Source: TPA_inf: Saccharomyces | Taxonomy: Eukaryota | Length of the DNA stretch: 64,000 bases | Assembly: GCA_000146045.2 (NCBI GenBank) | Contig: BK006946.2 | Span: 160,001-224,000, forward strand | Reading direction: 5' to 3' | Shown: positions 21,474-32,787 of the stretch, one piece after another | Position numbering within the stretch: the first letter of the stretch is position 1 | Layout of the letters: each line of letters opens with the position of its first letter | Made by a program: the position numbers and the translations under genes | Notes under the pieces: model-generated | The model's database searches: none | What the model was told of the DNA's origin: nothing | What the model saw: the letters and a program-made list of their open reading frames with translations, nothing else

Positions 21474-23363
21474 ATGCCAGATGAAACAAATTTTACAATA
21501 GAAGATATTGAGCCTAGGCCTGATGCCCTTCGAGGTTTGGACACCCAGTTCCTTCAAGACAACACAGCATTAGTACAAGCATATCGTGGTTTAGACTGGT
21601 CAGATATTTCTTCGTTGACCCAAATGGTAGATGTTATAGAGCAAACAGTGGTTAAATATGGCAATCCAAATGATTCAATCAAATTGGCCTTGGAAACTAT
21701 TTTATGGCAAATATTGCGTAAGTACCCTTTATTGTTTGGATTTTGGAAGAGGTTTGCTACTATTGAGTACCAGTTATTTGGTCTCAAGAAATCGATTGCT
21801 GTTCTGGCCACCTCGGTCAAATGGTTCCCAACTTCTCTGGAGTTATGGTGTGATTATTTGAATGTGTTGTGTGTTAATAACCCGAACGAAACGGATTTTA
21901 TTAGGAATAATTTTGAAATTGCAAAGGATCTTATTGGCAAGCAGTTTCTATCACACCCTTTTTGGGACAAGTTTATAGAATTTGAAGTTGGGCAGAAGAA
22001 TTGGCATAACGTTCAAAGAATATACGAGTACATTATTGAAGTTCCTCTACATCAGTATGCGCGGTTTTTCACATCTTACAAGAAGTTTTTAAATGAAAAA
22101 AATTTGAAGACAACAAGGAATATTGATATAGTTTTACGAAAAACACAAACAACAGTAAATGAAATTTGGCAGTTCGAATCGAAAATCAAACAGCCCTTCT
22201 TCAACCTGGGCCAAGTGTTAAATGATGATTTGGAAAATTGGTCGCGATATTTAAAATTTGTGACGGATCCTTCAAAATCCTTGGATAAAGAATTCGTAAT
22301 GTCCGTTTTTGACAGATGTTTGATTCCTTGTCTTTACCATGAAAATACGTGGATGATGTATATTAAGTGGCTAACAAAGAAAAATATATCCGATGAAGTG
22401 GTAGTGGATATATACCAAAAAGCCAATACGTTCTTACCACTGGATTTCAAAACTTTGAGGTATGATTTTCTTAGGTTTTTGAAAAGAAAATATCGGTCAA
22501 ATAATACCTTATTCAATAACATATTCAATGAGACAGTATCGCGTTATTTAAAGATTTGGCCCAACGACATATTACTTATGACGGAGTACCTTTGTATGTT
22601 GAAAAGACATTCTTTTAAGAATTCCTTAGATCAATCGCCAAAGGAAATTCTAGAGAAACAAACATCGTTTACTAAAATCCTAGAGACATCAATCACCAAC
22701 TACATCAATAATCAAATTGATGCCAAGGTGCATTTACAGACCTTAATAAATGATAAAAACTTAAGCATAGTCGTGGTAGAATTGATAAAAACTACATGGC
22801 TTGTACTTAAAAATAATATGCAAACAAGGAAATATTTCAACCTTTATCAAAAAAACATCCTCATTAAAAATTCTGTACCGTTCTGGTTAACTTACTACAA
22901 ATTTGAAAAGAGTAATGTAAATTTTACCAAGCTGAATAAATTCATTAGGGAGCTTGGGGTAGAAATATACTTGCCGACTACAGTAATGAATGATATTTTG
23001 ACGGATTATAAGACTTTCTATTTAACTCATTCAAATATCGTCACGTATGAATCCTCCATTATAGATTCAAATACATTTGACCCTATCTTGTACCCTGAGC
23101 TGAAAATGTCGAATCCAAAATACGATCCAGTATTAAATACTACAGCAAATGTAGATTGGCATAAAAAGACGGAATGGAAGGAGGCTGGTCACATCGGCAT
23201 AACGACAGAAAGACCGCAGATATCCAACAGTATAATTGAGTGCAATTCAGGAACTTTGATTCAAAAGCCCATCAGTTTGCCTAATTTTAGAAACTTGGAG
23301 AAAATTAATCAGGTCAAGATTAATGATCTATACACTGAAGAATTTCTTAAGGAAGGTAAATGA
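21474..23363 (+). CDS. PRP39: U1 snRNP protein with HAT/TPR repeats, 629 aa
   Basis: 629-aa ORF. HAT-repeat character is visible (W/Y...LW..Y spacing). Confidence 0.85.
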   Translation: MPDETNFTIEDIEPRPDALRGLDTQFLQDNTALVQAYRGLDWSDISSLTQMVDVIEQTVVKYGNPNDSIKLALETILWQILRKYPLLFGFWKRFATIEYQLFGLKKSIAVLATSVKWFPTSLELWCDYLNVLCVNNPNETDFIRNNFEIAKDLIGKQFLSHPFWDKFIEFEVGQKNWHNVQRIYEYIIEVPLHQYARFFTSYKKFLNEKNLKTTRNIDIVLRKTQTTVNEIWQFESKIKQPFFNLGQVLNDDLENWSRYLKFVTDPSKSLDKEFVMSVFDRCLIPCLYHENTWMMYIKWLTKKNISDEVVVDIYQKANTFLPLDFKTLRYDFLRFLKRKYRSNNTLFNNIFNETVSRYLKIWPNDILLMTEYLCMLKRHSFKNSLDQSPKEILEKQTSFTKILETSITNYINNQIDAKVHLQTLINDKNLSIVVVELIKTTWLVLKNNMQTRKYFNLYQKNILIKNSVPFWLTYYKFEKSNVNFTKLNKFIRELGVEIYLPTTVMNDILTDYKTFYLTHSNIVTYESSIIDSNTFDPILYPELKMSNPKYDPVLNTTANVDWHKKTEWKEAGHIGITTERPQISNSIIECNSGTLIQKPISLPNFRNLEKINQVKINDLYTEEFLKEGK

Positions 23364-23897
23364 AATTAATCATAAATCATAAATTATATTTAAAATAATA
23401 ATTTACTCGGCCGGACCCCGAAGGAGTACCCAAATATTTACTTGTTTATAATTTATTATTGAAAATGTTTTATTCTATATTGGTAGAGTTAATAAATAAT
23501 TATATAATAAATTATTGTATGATAATATAAATAATAGTTTATGTAATATTTTAAGTTATTATTTATAATAAAAAAGTAACTATTGAACCTGTTAAATTAA
23601 AATATATTCAAAAAACATTAGAGGTTGGTAAGATTCTATTAAATCGCAGAAATCAAATAATATGAAGAGTAAAACAGGTAGATGAAATAAATTTATTATT
23701 AATTTAGTTTACGTAAATCGAAATGACAGGCCTTTTCTGTGTTTTTTGATGGTTATATAATCAGAAAAATTTGATAAATATTGTTTATATGTAAAGACTA
23801 TTAATGATTGTTTCTATCGTCAGGATATTTTGAAAACGTCCAAATATGTAAAACAACTTCTAAACATTAAATATTTTTGGTGAATTAAAAAAAAATA

Positions 23898-23968
23898 TGC
23901 GCAAGCCCGGAATCGAACCGGGGGCCCAACGATGGCAACGTTGGATTTTACCACTAAACCACTTGCGC
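23898..23968 (-). tRNA. tG(GCC): tRNA-Gly (GCC), 71 nt, no intron
   Basis: The reverse complement reads GCGCAAGTGGTTTAGTGGTAAAATCCAACGTTGCCATCGTTGGGCCCCCGGTTCGATTCCGGGCTTGCGCA. An A-run on the plus strand at 23887..23895 is the poly-T terminator. Confidence 0.95.
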
Positions 23969-24460
23969 GATCTTTATTGGTATTTGTTGGAACATAGAGT
24001 TAACTAACCATATATAACAACTTCTTAAATGCACAGTACAGTCTATTCAAAACTGTAGCTATGCGCTGCATCTTGTGGCAAACTCGAATGGAATTGTGGG
24101 TTTGCTAGGTCTCTGTCCATCTGTAAACAATATTTCCCGGGAACGGGCAACAAAGGTAATGTTTATATGTGTTGGAATAAAAATCCACTATCGTCTATCA
24201 ACTAATAGTTATATTATCAATATATTATCATATACGGTGTTAAGATGATGACATAAGTTATGAGAAGCTGTCATCGAGGTTAGAGGAAGCTGAAGTGCAA
24301 GGATTGATAATGTAATAGGATAATGAAACATATAAAACGGAATGAGGAATAATCGTAATATTAGTATGTAGAAATATAGATTCCATTTTGAGGATTCCTA
24401 TATCCTCGAGGAGAACTTCTAGTATATTCTGTATACCTAATATTATAGCCTTTATCAACA

Positions 24461-25783
24461 ATGGAATCCCAACAATTATCTAATTACCCAAATATATCTC
24501 ATGGTAGCGCCTGTGCTTCGGTTACTTCTAAGGAAGTCCACACAAATCAAGATCCGTTAGACGTTTCAGCTTCCAAAATTCAAGAATATGATAAGGCTTC
24601 CACTAAGGCTAACTCTCAACAGACAACAACACCTGCTTCATCAGCTGTTCCAGAGAACCTCCATCATGCCTCTCCTCAACCTGCTTCAGTACCACCTCCA
24701 CAGAATGGGCCGTACCCACAGCAGTGCATGATGACCCAAAACCAAGCCAATCCATCTGGTTGGTCATTTTACGGACACCCATCTATGATTCCGTATACAC
24801 CTTATCAAATGTCGCCTATGTACTTTCCACCTGGGCCACAATCACAGTTTCCGCAGTATCCATCATCAGTTGGAACGCCTCTGAGCACTCCATCACCTGA
24901 GTCAGGTAATACATTTACTGATTCATCCTCAGCGGACTCTGATATGACATCCACTAAAAAATATGTCAGACCACCACCAATGTTAACCTCACCTAATGAC
25001 TTTCCAAATTGGGTTAAAACATACATCAAATTTTTACAAAACTCGAATCTCGGTGGTATTATTCCGACAGTAAACGGAAAACCCGTACGTCAGATCACTG
25101 ATGATGAACTCACCTTCTTGTATAACACTTTTCAAATATTTGCTCCCTCTCAATTCCTACCTACCTGGGTCAAAGACATCCTATCCGTTGATTATACGGA
25201 TATCATGAAAATTCTTTCCAAAAGTATTGAAAAAATGCAATCTGATACCCAAGAGGCAAACGACATTGTGACCCTGGCAAATTTGCAATATAATGGCAGT
25301 ACACCTGCAGATGCATTTGAAACAAAAGTCACAAACATTATCGACAGACTGAACAATAATGGCATTCATATCAATAACAAGGTCGCATGCCAATTAATTA
25401 TGAGAGGTCTATCTGGCGAATATAAATTTTTACGCTACACACGTCATCGACATCTAAATATGACAGTCGCTGAACTGTTCTTAGATATCCATGCTATTTA
25501 TGAAGAACAACAGGGATCGAGAAACAGCAAACCTAATTACAGGAGAAATCCGAGTGATGAGAAGAATGATTCTCGCAGCTATACGAATACAACCAAACCC
25601 AAAGTTATAGCTCGGAATCCTCAAAAAACAAATAATTCGAAATCGAAAACAGCCAGGGCTCACAATGTATCCACATCTAATAACTCTCCCAGCACGGACA
25701 ACGATTCCATCAGTAAATCAACTACTGAACCGATTCAATTGAACAATAAGCACGACCTTCATCTTAGGCCAGAAACTTACTGA
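24461..25783 (+). CDS. TYA: Ty1 TYA (Gag), 440 aa
   Basis: The ORF starts inside the 5' LTR ([17 protein letters not shown]...). The Gag sequence is typical Ty1. Confidence 0.9.
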   Translation: MESQQLSNYPNISHGSACASVTSKEVHTNQDPLDVSASKIQEYDKASTKANSQQTTTPASSAVPENLHHASPQPASVPPPQNGPYPQQCMMTQNQANPSGWSFYGHPSMIPYTPYQMSPMYFPPGPQSQFPQYPSSVGTPLSTPSPESGNTFTDSSSADSDMTSTKKYVRPPPMLTSPNDFPNWVKTYIKFLQNSNLGGIIPTVNGKPVRQITDDELTFLYNTFQIFAPSQFLPTWVKDILSVDYTDIMKILSKSIEKMQSDTQEANDIVTLANLQYNGSTPADAFETKVTNIIDRLNNNGIHINNKVACQLIMRGLSGEYKFLRYTRHRHLNMTVAELFLDIHAIYEEQQGSRNSKPNYRRNPSDEKNDSRSYTNTTKPKVIARNPQKTNNSKSKTARAHNVSTSNNSPSTDNDSISKSTTEPIQLNNKHDLHLRPETY

Positions 25784-28700
25784 ATCTACAGTAAATCATA
25801 CTAATCATTCTGATGATGAACTCCCTGGACACCTCCTTCTCGATTCAGGAGCATCACGAACCCTTATAAGATCTGCTCATCACATACACTCAGCATCATC
25901 TAATCCTGACATAAACGTAGTTGATGCTCAAAAAAGAAATATACCAATTAACGCTATTGGTGACCTACAATTTCACTTCCAGGACAACACCAAAACATCA
26001 ATAAAGGTATTGCACACTCCTAACATAGCCTATGACTTACTCAGTTTGAATGAATTGGCTGCAGTAGATATCACAGCATGCTTTACCAAAAACGTCTTAG
26101 AACGGTCTGACGGCACTGTACTTGCACCTATCGTAAAATATGGAGACTTTTACTGGGTATCTAAAAAGTACTTGCTTCCATCAAATATCTCCGTACCCAC
26201 CATCAATAATGTCCATACAAGTGAAAGTACACGCAAATATCCTTATCCTTTCATTCATCGAATGCTTGCACATGCCAATGCACAGACAATTCGATACTCA
26301 CTTAAAAATAACACCATCACGTATTTTAACGAATCAGATGTCGACTGGTCTAGTGCTATTGACTATCAATGTCCTGATTGTTTAATCGGCAAAAGCACCA
26401 AACACAGACATATCAAAGGTTCACGACTAAAATACCAAAATTCATACGAACCCTTTCAATACCTACATACTGACATATTTGGTCCAGTTCACAACCTACC
26501 AAAAAGTGCACCATCCTATTTCATCTCATTTACTGATGAGACAACAAAATTCCGTTGGGTTTATCCATTACACGACCGTCGCGAGGACTCTATCCTCGAT
26601 GTTTTTACTACGATACTAGCTTTTATTAAGAACCAGTTTCAGGCCAGTGTCTTGGTTATACAAATGGACCGTGGTTCTGAGTATACTAACAGAACTCTCC
26701 ATAAATTCCTTGAAAAAAATGGTATAACTCCATGCTATACAACCACAGCGGATTCCCGAGCACATGGAGTCGCTGAACGGCTCAACCGTACCTTATTAGA
26801 TGACTGCCGTACTCAACTGCAATGTAGTGGTTTACCGAACCATTTATGGTTCTCTGCAATCGAATTTTCTACTATTGTGAGAAATTCACTAGCTTCACCT
26901 AAAAGCAAAAAATCTGCAAGACAACATGCTGGCTTGGCAGGACTTGATATCAGTACTTTGTTACCTTTCGGTCAACCTGTTATCGTCAATGATCACAACC
27001 CTAACTCCAAAATACATCCTCGTGGCATCCCAGGCTACGCTCTACATCCGTCTCGAAACTCTTATGGATATATCATCTATCTTCCATCCTTAAAGAAGAC
27101 AGTAGATACAACTAACTATGTTATTCTTCAGGGCAAGGAATCCAGATTAGATCAATTCAATTACGACGCACTCACTTTCGATGAAGACTTAAACCGTTTA
27201 ACTGCTTCATATCAATCGTTCATTGCGTCAAATGAGATCCAACAATCCGATGATCTTAACATAGAATCTGACCATGACTTCCAATCTGACATCGAACTAC
27301 ATCCTGAGCAACCGAGAAATGTCCTTTCAAAAGCTGTGAGTCCAACCGATTCCACACCTCCGTCAACTCATACTGAAGATTCGAAACGTGTTTCTAAAAC
27401 CAATATTCGCGCACCCAGAGAAGTTGACCCCAACATATCTGAATCTAATATTCTTCCATCAAAGAAGAGATCTAGCACCCCCCAAATTTCCAATATCGAG
27501 AGTACCGGTTCGGGTGGTATGCATAAATTAAATGTTCCTTTACTTGCTCCCATGTCCCAATCTAACACACATGAGTCGTCGCACGCCAGTAAATCTAAAG
27601 ATTTCAGACACTCAGACTCGTACAGTGAAAATGAGACTAATCATACAAACGTACCAATATCCAGTACGGGTGGTACCAACAACAAAACTGTTCCGCAGAT
27701 AAGTGACCAAGAGACTGAGAAAAGGATTATACACCGTTCACCTTCAATCGATGCTTCTCCACCGGAAAATAATTCATCGCACAATATTGTTCCTATCAAA
27801 ACGCCAACTACTGTTTCTGAACAGAATACCGAGGAATCTATCATCGCTGATCTCCCACTCCCTGATCTACCTCCAGAATCTCCTACCGAATTCCCTGACC
27901 CATTTAAAGAACTCCCACCGATAAATTCTCATCAAACTAATTCCAGTTTGGGTGGTATTGGTGACTCTAATGCCTATACTACTATCAACAGTAAGAAAAG
28001 ATCATTAGAAGATAATGAAACTGAAATTAAGGTATCACGAGACACATGGAATACTAAGAATATGCGTAGTTTAGAACCTCCGAGATCGAAGAAACGAATT
28101 CACCTGATTGCAGCTGTAAAAGCAGTAAAATCAATCAAACCAATACGGACAACCTTAAGATACGATGAGGCAATCACCTATAATAAAGATATTAAAGAAA
28201 AGGAAAAATATATCGAAGCATACCACAAAGAAGTCAACCAACTATTGAAAATGAATACTTGGGACACTGACAAATATTATGACAGAAAAGAAATAGACCC
28301 TAAAAGAGTAATAAATTCAATGTTTATCTTCAACAGGAAACGTGACGGTACTCATAAAGCTAGATTTGTTGCAAGAGGTGATATTCAGCATCCTGACACT
28401 TACGACTCAGGCATGCAATCCAATACCGTACATCACTATGCATTAATGACATCCCTGTCACTTGCATTAGACAATAACTACTATATTACACAATTAGACA
28501 TATCTTCGGCATATTTGTATGCAGACATCAAAGAAGAATTATACATAAGACCTCCACCACATTTAGGAATGAATGATAAGTTGATACGTTTGAAGAAATC
28601 ACTTTATGGATTGAAACAAAGTGGAGCGAACTGGTACGAAACTATCAAATCATACCTGATAAAACAGTGTGGTATGGAAGAAGTTCGTGGATGGTCATGC

Positions 28701-29729
28701 GTATTTAAGAATAGTCAAGTAACAATTTGCTTATTCGTTGATGATATGATATTGTTCAGCAAAGACTTAAATGCAAATAAGAAAATCATAACAACACTCA
28801 AGAAACAATACGATACAAAGATAATAAATCTGGGTGAAAGTGATAACGAAATTCAGTACGACATACTTGGCTTAGAAATCAAATATCAAAGAGGTAAATA
28901 CATGAAATTAGGTATGGAAAACTCATTAACTGAGAAAATACCCAAATTAAACGTACCTTTGAATCCAAAAGGAAGAAAACTTAGCGCTCCAGGTCAACCA
29001 GGTCTTTATATAGACCAGGATGAACTAGAAATAGATGAAGATGAATACAAAGAGAAGGTACATGAAATGCAAAAGTTGATTGGTCTAGCTTCATATGTTG
29101 GATATAAATTTAGATTTGACTTACTATACTACATCAACACACTTGCTCAACATATACTATTCCCCTCTAGGCAAGTTTTAGACATGACATATGAGTTAAT
29201 ACAATTCATGTGGGACACTAGAGATAAACAACTGATATGGCACAAAAACAAACCTACCGAGCCAGATAATAAACTAGTCGCAATAAGTGATGCTTCATAT
29301 GGTAACCAACCATATTACAAGTCACAAATTGGCAACATATATTTACTTAATGGAAAGGTAATTGGAGGAAAGTCCACCAAGGCTTCATTAACATGTACTT
29401 CAACTACGGAAGCAGAAATACACGCGATAAGTGAATCTGTCCCATTATTAAATAACCTCAGTCACCTTGTGCAAGAACTTAACAAGAAACCAATTACTAA
29501 AGGATTACTAACCGACAGTAAATCTACAATCAGTATAATTATATCCAATAATGAAGAGAAATTTAGAAACAGATTTTTTGGTACTAAAGCAATGAGACTA
29601 AGAGATGAAGTATCAGGAAATCATCTGCACGTATGCTATATCGAAACCAAAAAGAATATTGCAGACGTAATGACCAAACCTCTTCCGATAAAAACATTCA
29701 AACTATTAACAAACAAATGGATTCATTAG
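24461..29729 (+). CDS. TYB: Ty1 TYA-TYB (Gag-Pol) fusion by +1 ribosomal frameshift, 1755 aa: join(24461..25765,25767..29729)
   Basis: Slippery heptamer CTTAGGC at 25763..25769. The Pol frame shows protease DSGAS, an integrase zinc motif H-H...C-C with DDE, RT motif VDDM and RNase H DAS(Y)G. 435 + 1320 codons give 1755 aa. Confidence 0.88.
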
Positions 29730-30243
29730 ATCTATTACATTATGGGTGGTATGTTGGAATAAAAATCCACTATCGTCTATCAACTAATAGTTATATTATC
29801 AATATATTATCATATACGGTGTTAAGATGATGACATAAGTTATGAGAAGCTGTCATCGAGGTTAGAGGAAGCTGAAGTGCAAGGATTGATAATGTAATAG
29901 GATAATGAAACATATAAAACGGAATGAGGAATAATCGTAATATTAGTATGTAGAAATATAGATTCCATTTTGAGGATTCCTATATCCTCGAGGAGAACTT
30001 CTAGTATATTCTGTATACCTAATATTATAGCCTTTATCAACAATGGAATCCCAACAATTATCTAATTACCCACATATATCTCAATATGCTATGTTCTTTA
30101 TTATCAATATGCAAAATATTACTCTATGAAGTATAAATATATGTACTGCTTATATACATGCATGCTTTTTAATTACACTTAAAAACAAAAAATGTTTTAA
30201 GTTTCCCTAGTTGAAACCAAGTTATTAAAGTTTACTAGTTTGT

Positions 30244-31767
30244 TCACTCACTTGAGTCTTCATCACTGTAATGCATTTCGTCCAACCCGTTGTCCTCCGG
30301 CGATAAATCCATCAGCTGCGTATCTAGAAATTCTGCATTTGTTTCATACACGTCTCCAAAAGAGTTTTCCACTGAACTGTTATCAATGCTATCATATACG
30401 TTGGCTACATCCCTCTCTTGAATGTCTTGTGCTTCGCCGTACAGTCTTGACTCGAAGCTTTTCAGTTGATTTTCAATTAACCTGCTAGGGACGGCAAACC
30501 CACCTTTATCTAAGCAAATTTTTAAAAACGTTCTCACGTAGTGAATATGTTTTATAACCTGGTTGATCTTTATGTCTCTATCCAAACCAATTAGGTCATT
30601 ATTTTTGTTGTCATTGACAAATTGCCTCGACAATGTATCGGCCTTCAATAAATGACAAGATGCATAAATGAACCAAACTTCAGCGTCTTCCATAAACGGA
30701 GGGGTCAATACCCATTCTGATATCTTATCAATCAATTCTTGTAGTAAATCGTTTTCCGTATCAAAAGGTTTGTCAATGATGTTTGATGATGGTTCCATAG
30801 ATTTTTGGCAATTAATTAAAGAAGACCAAAGGTACGTGATAGCAAATTTCGCAGTATGTGTTCTAGAACCGGTTTGAAAAGGAGGGACAATGGAACGGTA
30901 ATTGATGTTCTGAACAAATCTTGACTTTGACGAATAGATTTGACACATCCATTGTAAGAAGTCAAGACCACTTGATGAATTTGATAAATTATCCAGTATT
31001 TCAACGCCAATGCCCCAAAGAGACTTGATTTGAACCCCTGGGATCCTTATTAATGTGGCGAATATTTTATATGCAAGCGACCAGTTATGTCTTGACACAT
31101 TCAAATGCAAAAGGTCGGTTAATGTTACTATATGTCTTGTGCGGTAGTTTCTGACTTCTGATGTTGATGTTTTTAATGGCTCTAACCCTCTAGATATAGA
31201 TTGGAAGTAAAGTTTATTTTCCTTTGTACAATGCAAAAGTGGAATTTCCATTTTCCTTAAAGGAATCTTTTCAATTTTTTTAAAATTATGATACGTCATT
31301 TTTTGTTTGTTAATGGGCTGTTTATTTTGTGAGGACACTGTTCGCCAAATTTCGAAACTCTTCTCAGGTTTTTCGTATTTTTTCCAAAATTTTCTCTCCT
31401 CATCACTATCTTCCTTGTCTATCCCGGTGTCATGTTCGCCACCTTCCTCAGTTTCCTCCTCTTGAGAGTCTGTTTCGCTTTCCGTAGTAGAGTAAATTTC
31501 ACCGACCACACTCCTCCAATGCCTTTCTCTTCTTCTTTTCTTCTGCTGTAGTACTGACCTCCTATATGTGCCGGCTTCACTGTTTTGACCTTCTTCTTCG
31601 TCATTATTTTCAGCTGCAGAATTTTCGGGCGTTGGCAAACTATCTGTGGTAGTAGATTTCTTGGAAATTCTGTCAAATCTTCTAGAAATGTAATTTATGT
31701 ATTGATACTTTAACTTTCTTCTTTGAGCAAACTTCCTATTAGTTAAAGTTATAGGGACTTCAAACAT
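30244..31767 (-). CDS. RRN11: RNA polymerase I core factor subunit, 507 aa
   Basis: 507-aa ORF with the ATG verified at 31767 (MFEVPITLTNRKF...). Position between the two Ty1 elements matches YML043C. Confidence 0.82.
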   Translation of the reverse strand: MFEVPITLTNRKFAQRRKLKYQYINYISRRFDRISKKSTTTDSLPTPENSAAENNDEEEGQNSEAGTYRRSVLQQKKRRRERHWRSVVGEIYSTTESETDSQEEETEEGGEHDTGIDKEDSDEERKFWKKYEKPEKSFEIWRTVSSQNKQPINKQKMTYHNFKKIEKIPLRKMEIPLLHCTKENKLYFQSISRGLEPLKTSTSEVRNYRTRHIVTLTDLLHLNVSRHNWSLAYKIFATLIRIPGVQIKSLWGIGVEILDNLSNSSSGLDFLQWMCQIYSSKSRFVQNINYRSIVPPFQTGSRTHTAKFAITYLWSSLINCQKSMEPSSNIIDKPFDTENDLLQELIDKISEWVLTPPFMEDAEVWFIYASCHLLKADTLSRQFVNDNKNNDLIGLDRDIKINQVIKHIHYVRTFLKICLDKGGFAVPSRLIENQLKSFESRLYGEAQDIQERDVANVYDSIDNSSVENSFGDVYETNAEFLDTQLMDLSPEDNGLDEMHYSDEDSSE

Positions 31768-32787
31768 GGTTTATGCATCATATTAGAATTTAATTCTAAC
31801 TTTATTCGTGCTTCAATTTCTTTCTTCTTTTTCTTTAAAACACTTTTTTATTGAAGAATGCTCAAGTATAACCCACTCAAAAATATAATTGGCAATGAAA
31901 ATATAACTTTTTTAGATGTTAGCGATGCTATATCATCTGAGATGAGATGAGATGAGATGTTTATTATGATCCATTTCTTTTCTTTTTTTATTTTTTTTTT
32001 TTTTTTTTTTTTCATTTTTCAACGCGGGTAATAGAGAATACATCCACTGTCCGGGTAAATTATGTTACAGTTAGCGCTTAATGTTCACTTCACAGTATTA
32101 TGAGCTGTTTTTGTAATAAAGACGACTATAACATAACAAAAAAAATCAACTCTCGCTAGAATAAAGTAACATAATTACTAAAAGGTGGCTAAGCAACATA
32201 TCGGTCCAACTTTTTCACCTCTTCTCAACGCTGTTTCAGAGTACATTTAATTTCCGCCATATACTCGAATAAGTGGCTAAGGGAGAGTCCGAAGAGCGTG
32301 CTACCAATTCTTCATCTCGTTAACAAACTGGTTCTCCGTTAAAAATTGTGCTATATGTCCTATAAGCCAACTCTATCTATATCTTTTCTTTTAGTCCTAC
32401 TTTGGATACTGTTACCACCATTTTAGATTGCTTTTTCTTTTGCCGCTAGCCTTACAATATTTGGCAAACTTTTTTTTTTTAGCCGCCGAGACTCTTGATC
32501 TATGGCCGGGCGAAAGGGCAAATGACTGCTTATCCCCGCCATCACTTCCCCCCGCCCAAGGGTTTAGAATTGGGGATTAAGTAAAAACGAATGACTATTC
32601 CTCTCAAAGTCATCCTTGTTCGACAAAAAGAATGGAATATAACATATTGGAACAATTTCATCCTCTTTTCCCCATTTTCGCATATAAGAGCAACTAAACG
32701 CCGGTGAGTAAAGTGCCCTTCCCTACAGACTCTTTTACTCAGGTATATATATATATATATCCCTTAAAAACTAAAAAGAAAGCACTC

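Larger units (their letters stand above)
24170..30083 (+). mobile_element. Full-length Ty1 retrotransposon (5914 bp) with Ty2-like / Ty1-prime LTRs, flanked by a 5-bp TSD ATATG
   Basis: 332-bp LTRs at 24170..24501 and 29752..30083 (TGTTGG...TCTCA). PBS TGGTAGCGCC at 24502..24511. PPT GGGTGGTA at 29743..29750. TSD ATATG at 24165..24169 and 30084..30088. TYA and TYB ORFs are intact. Confidence 0.93.

Noticed and set aside
24258-24461. 67-aa minus-strand ORF inside the Ty1 5' LTR (repeated at 29840..30043), and small ORFs inside TYA/TYB (24805..25663, 26140..27924, 36972..40091)
   Set aside because: Repeat-derived. They are identical copies produced by the LTR or Ty duplication. They lie antisense to, or out of frame within, Gag-Pol and are not independent genes.
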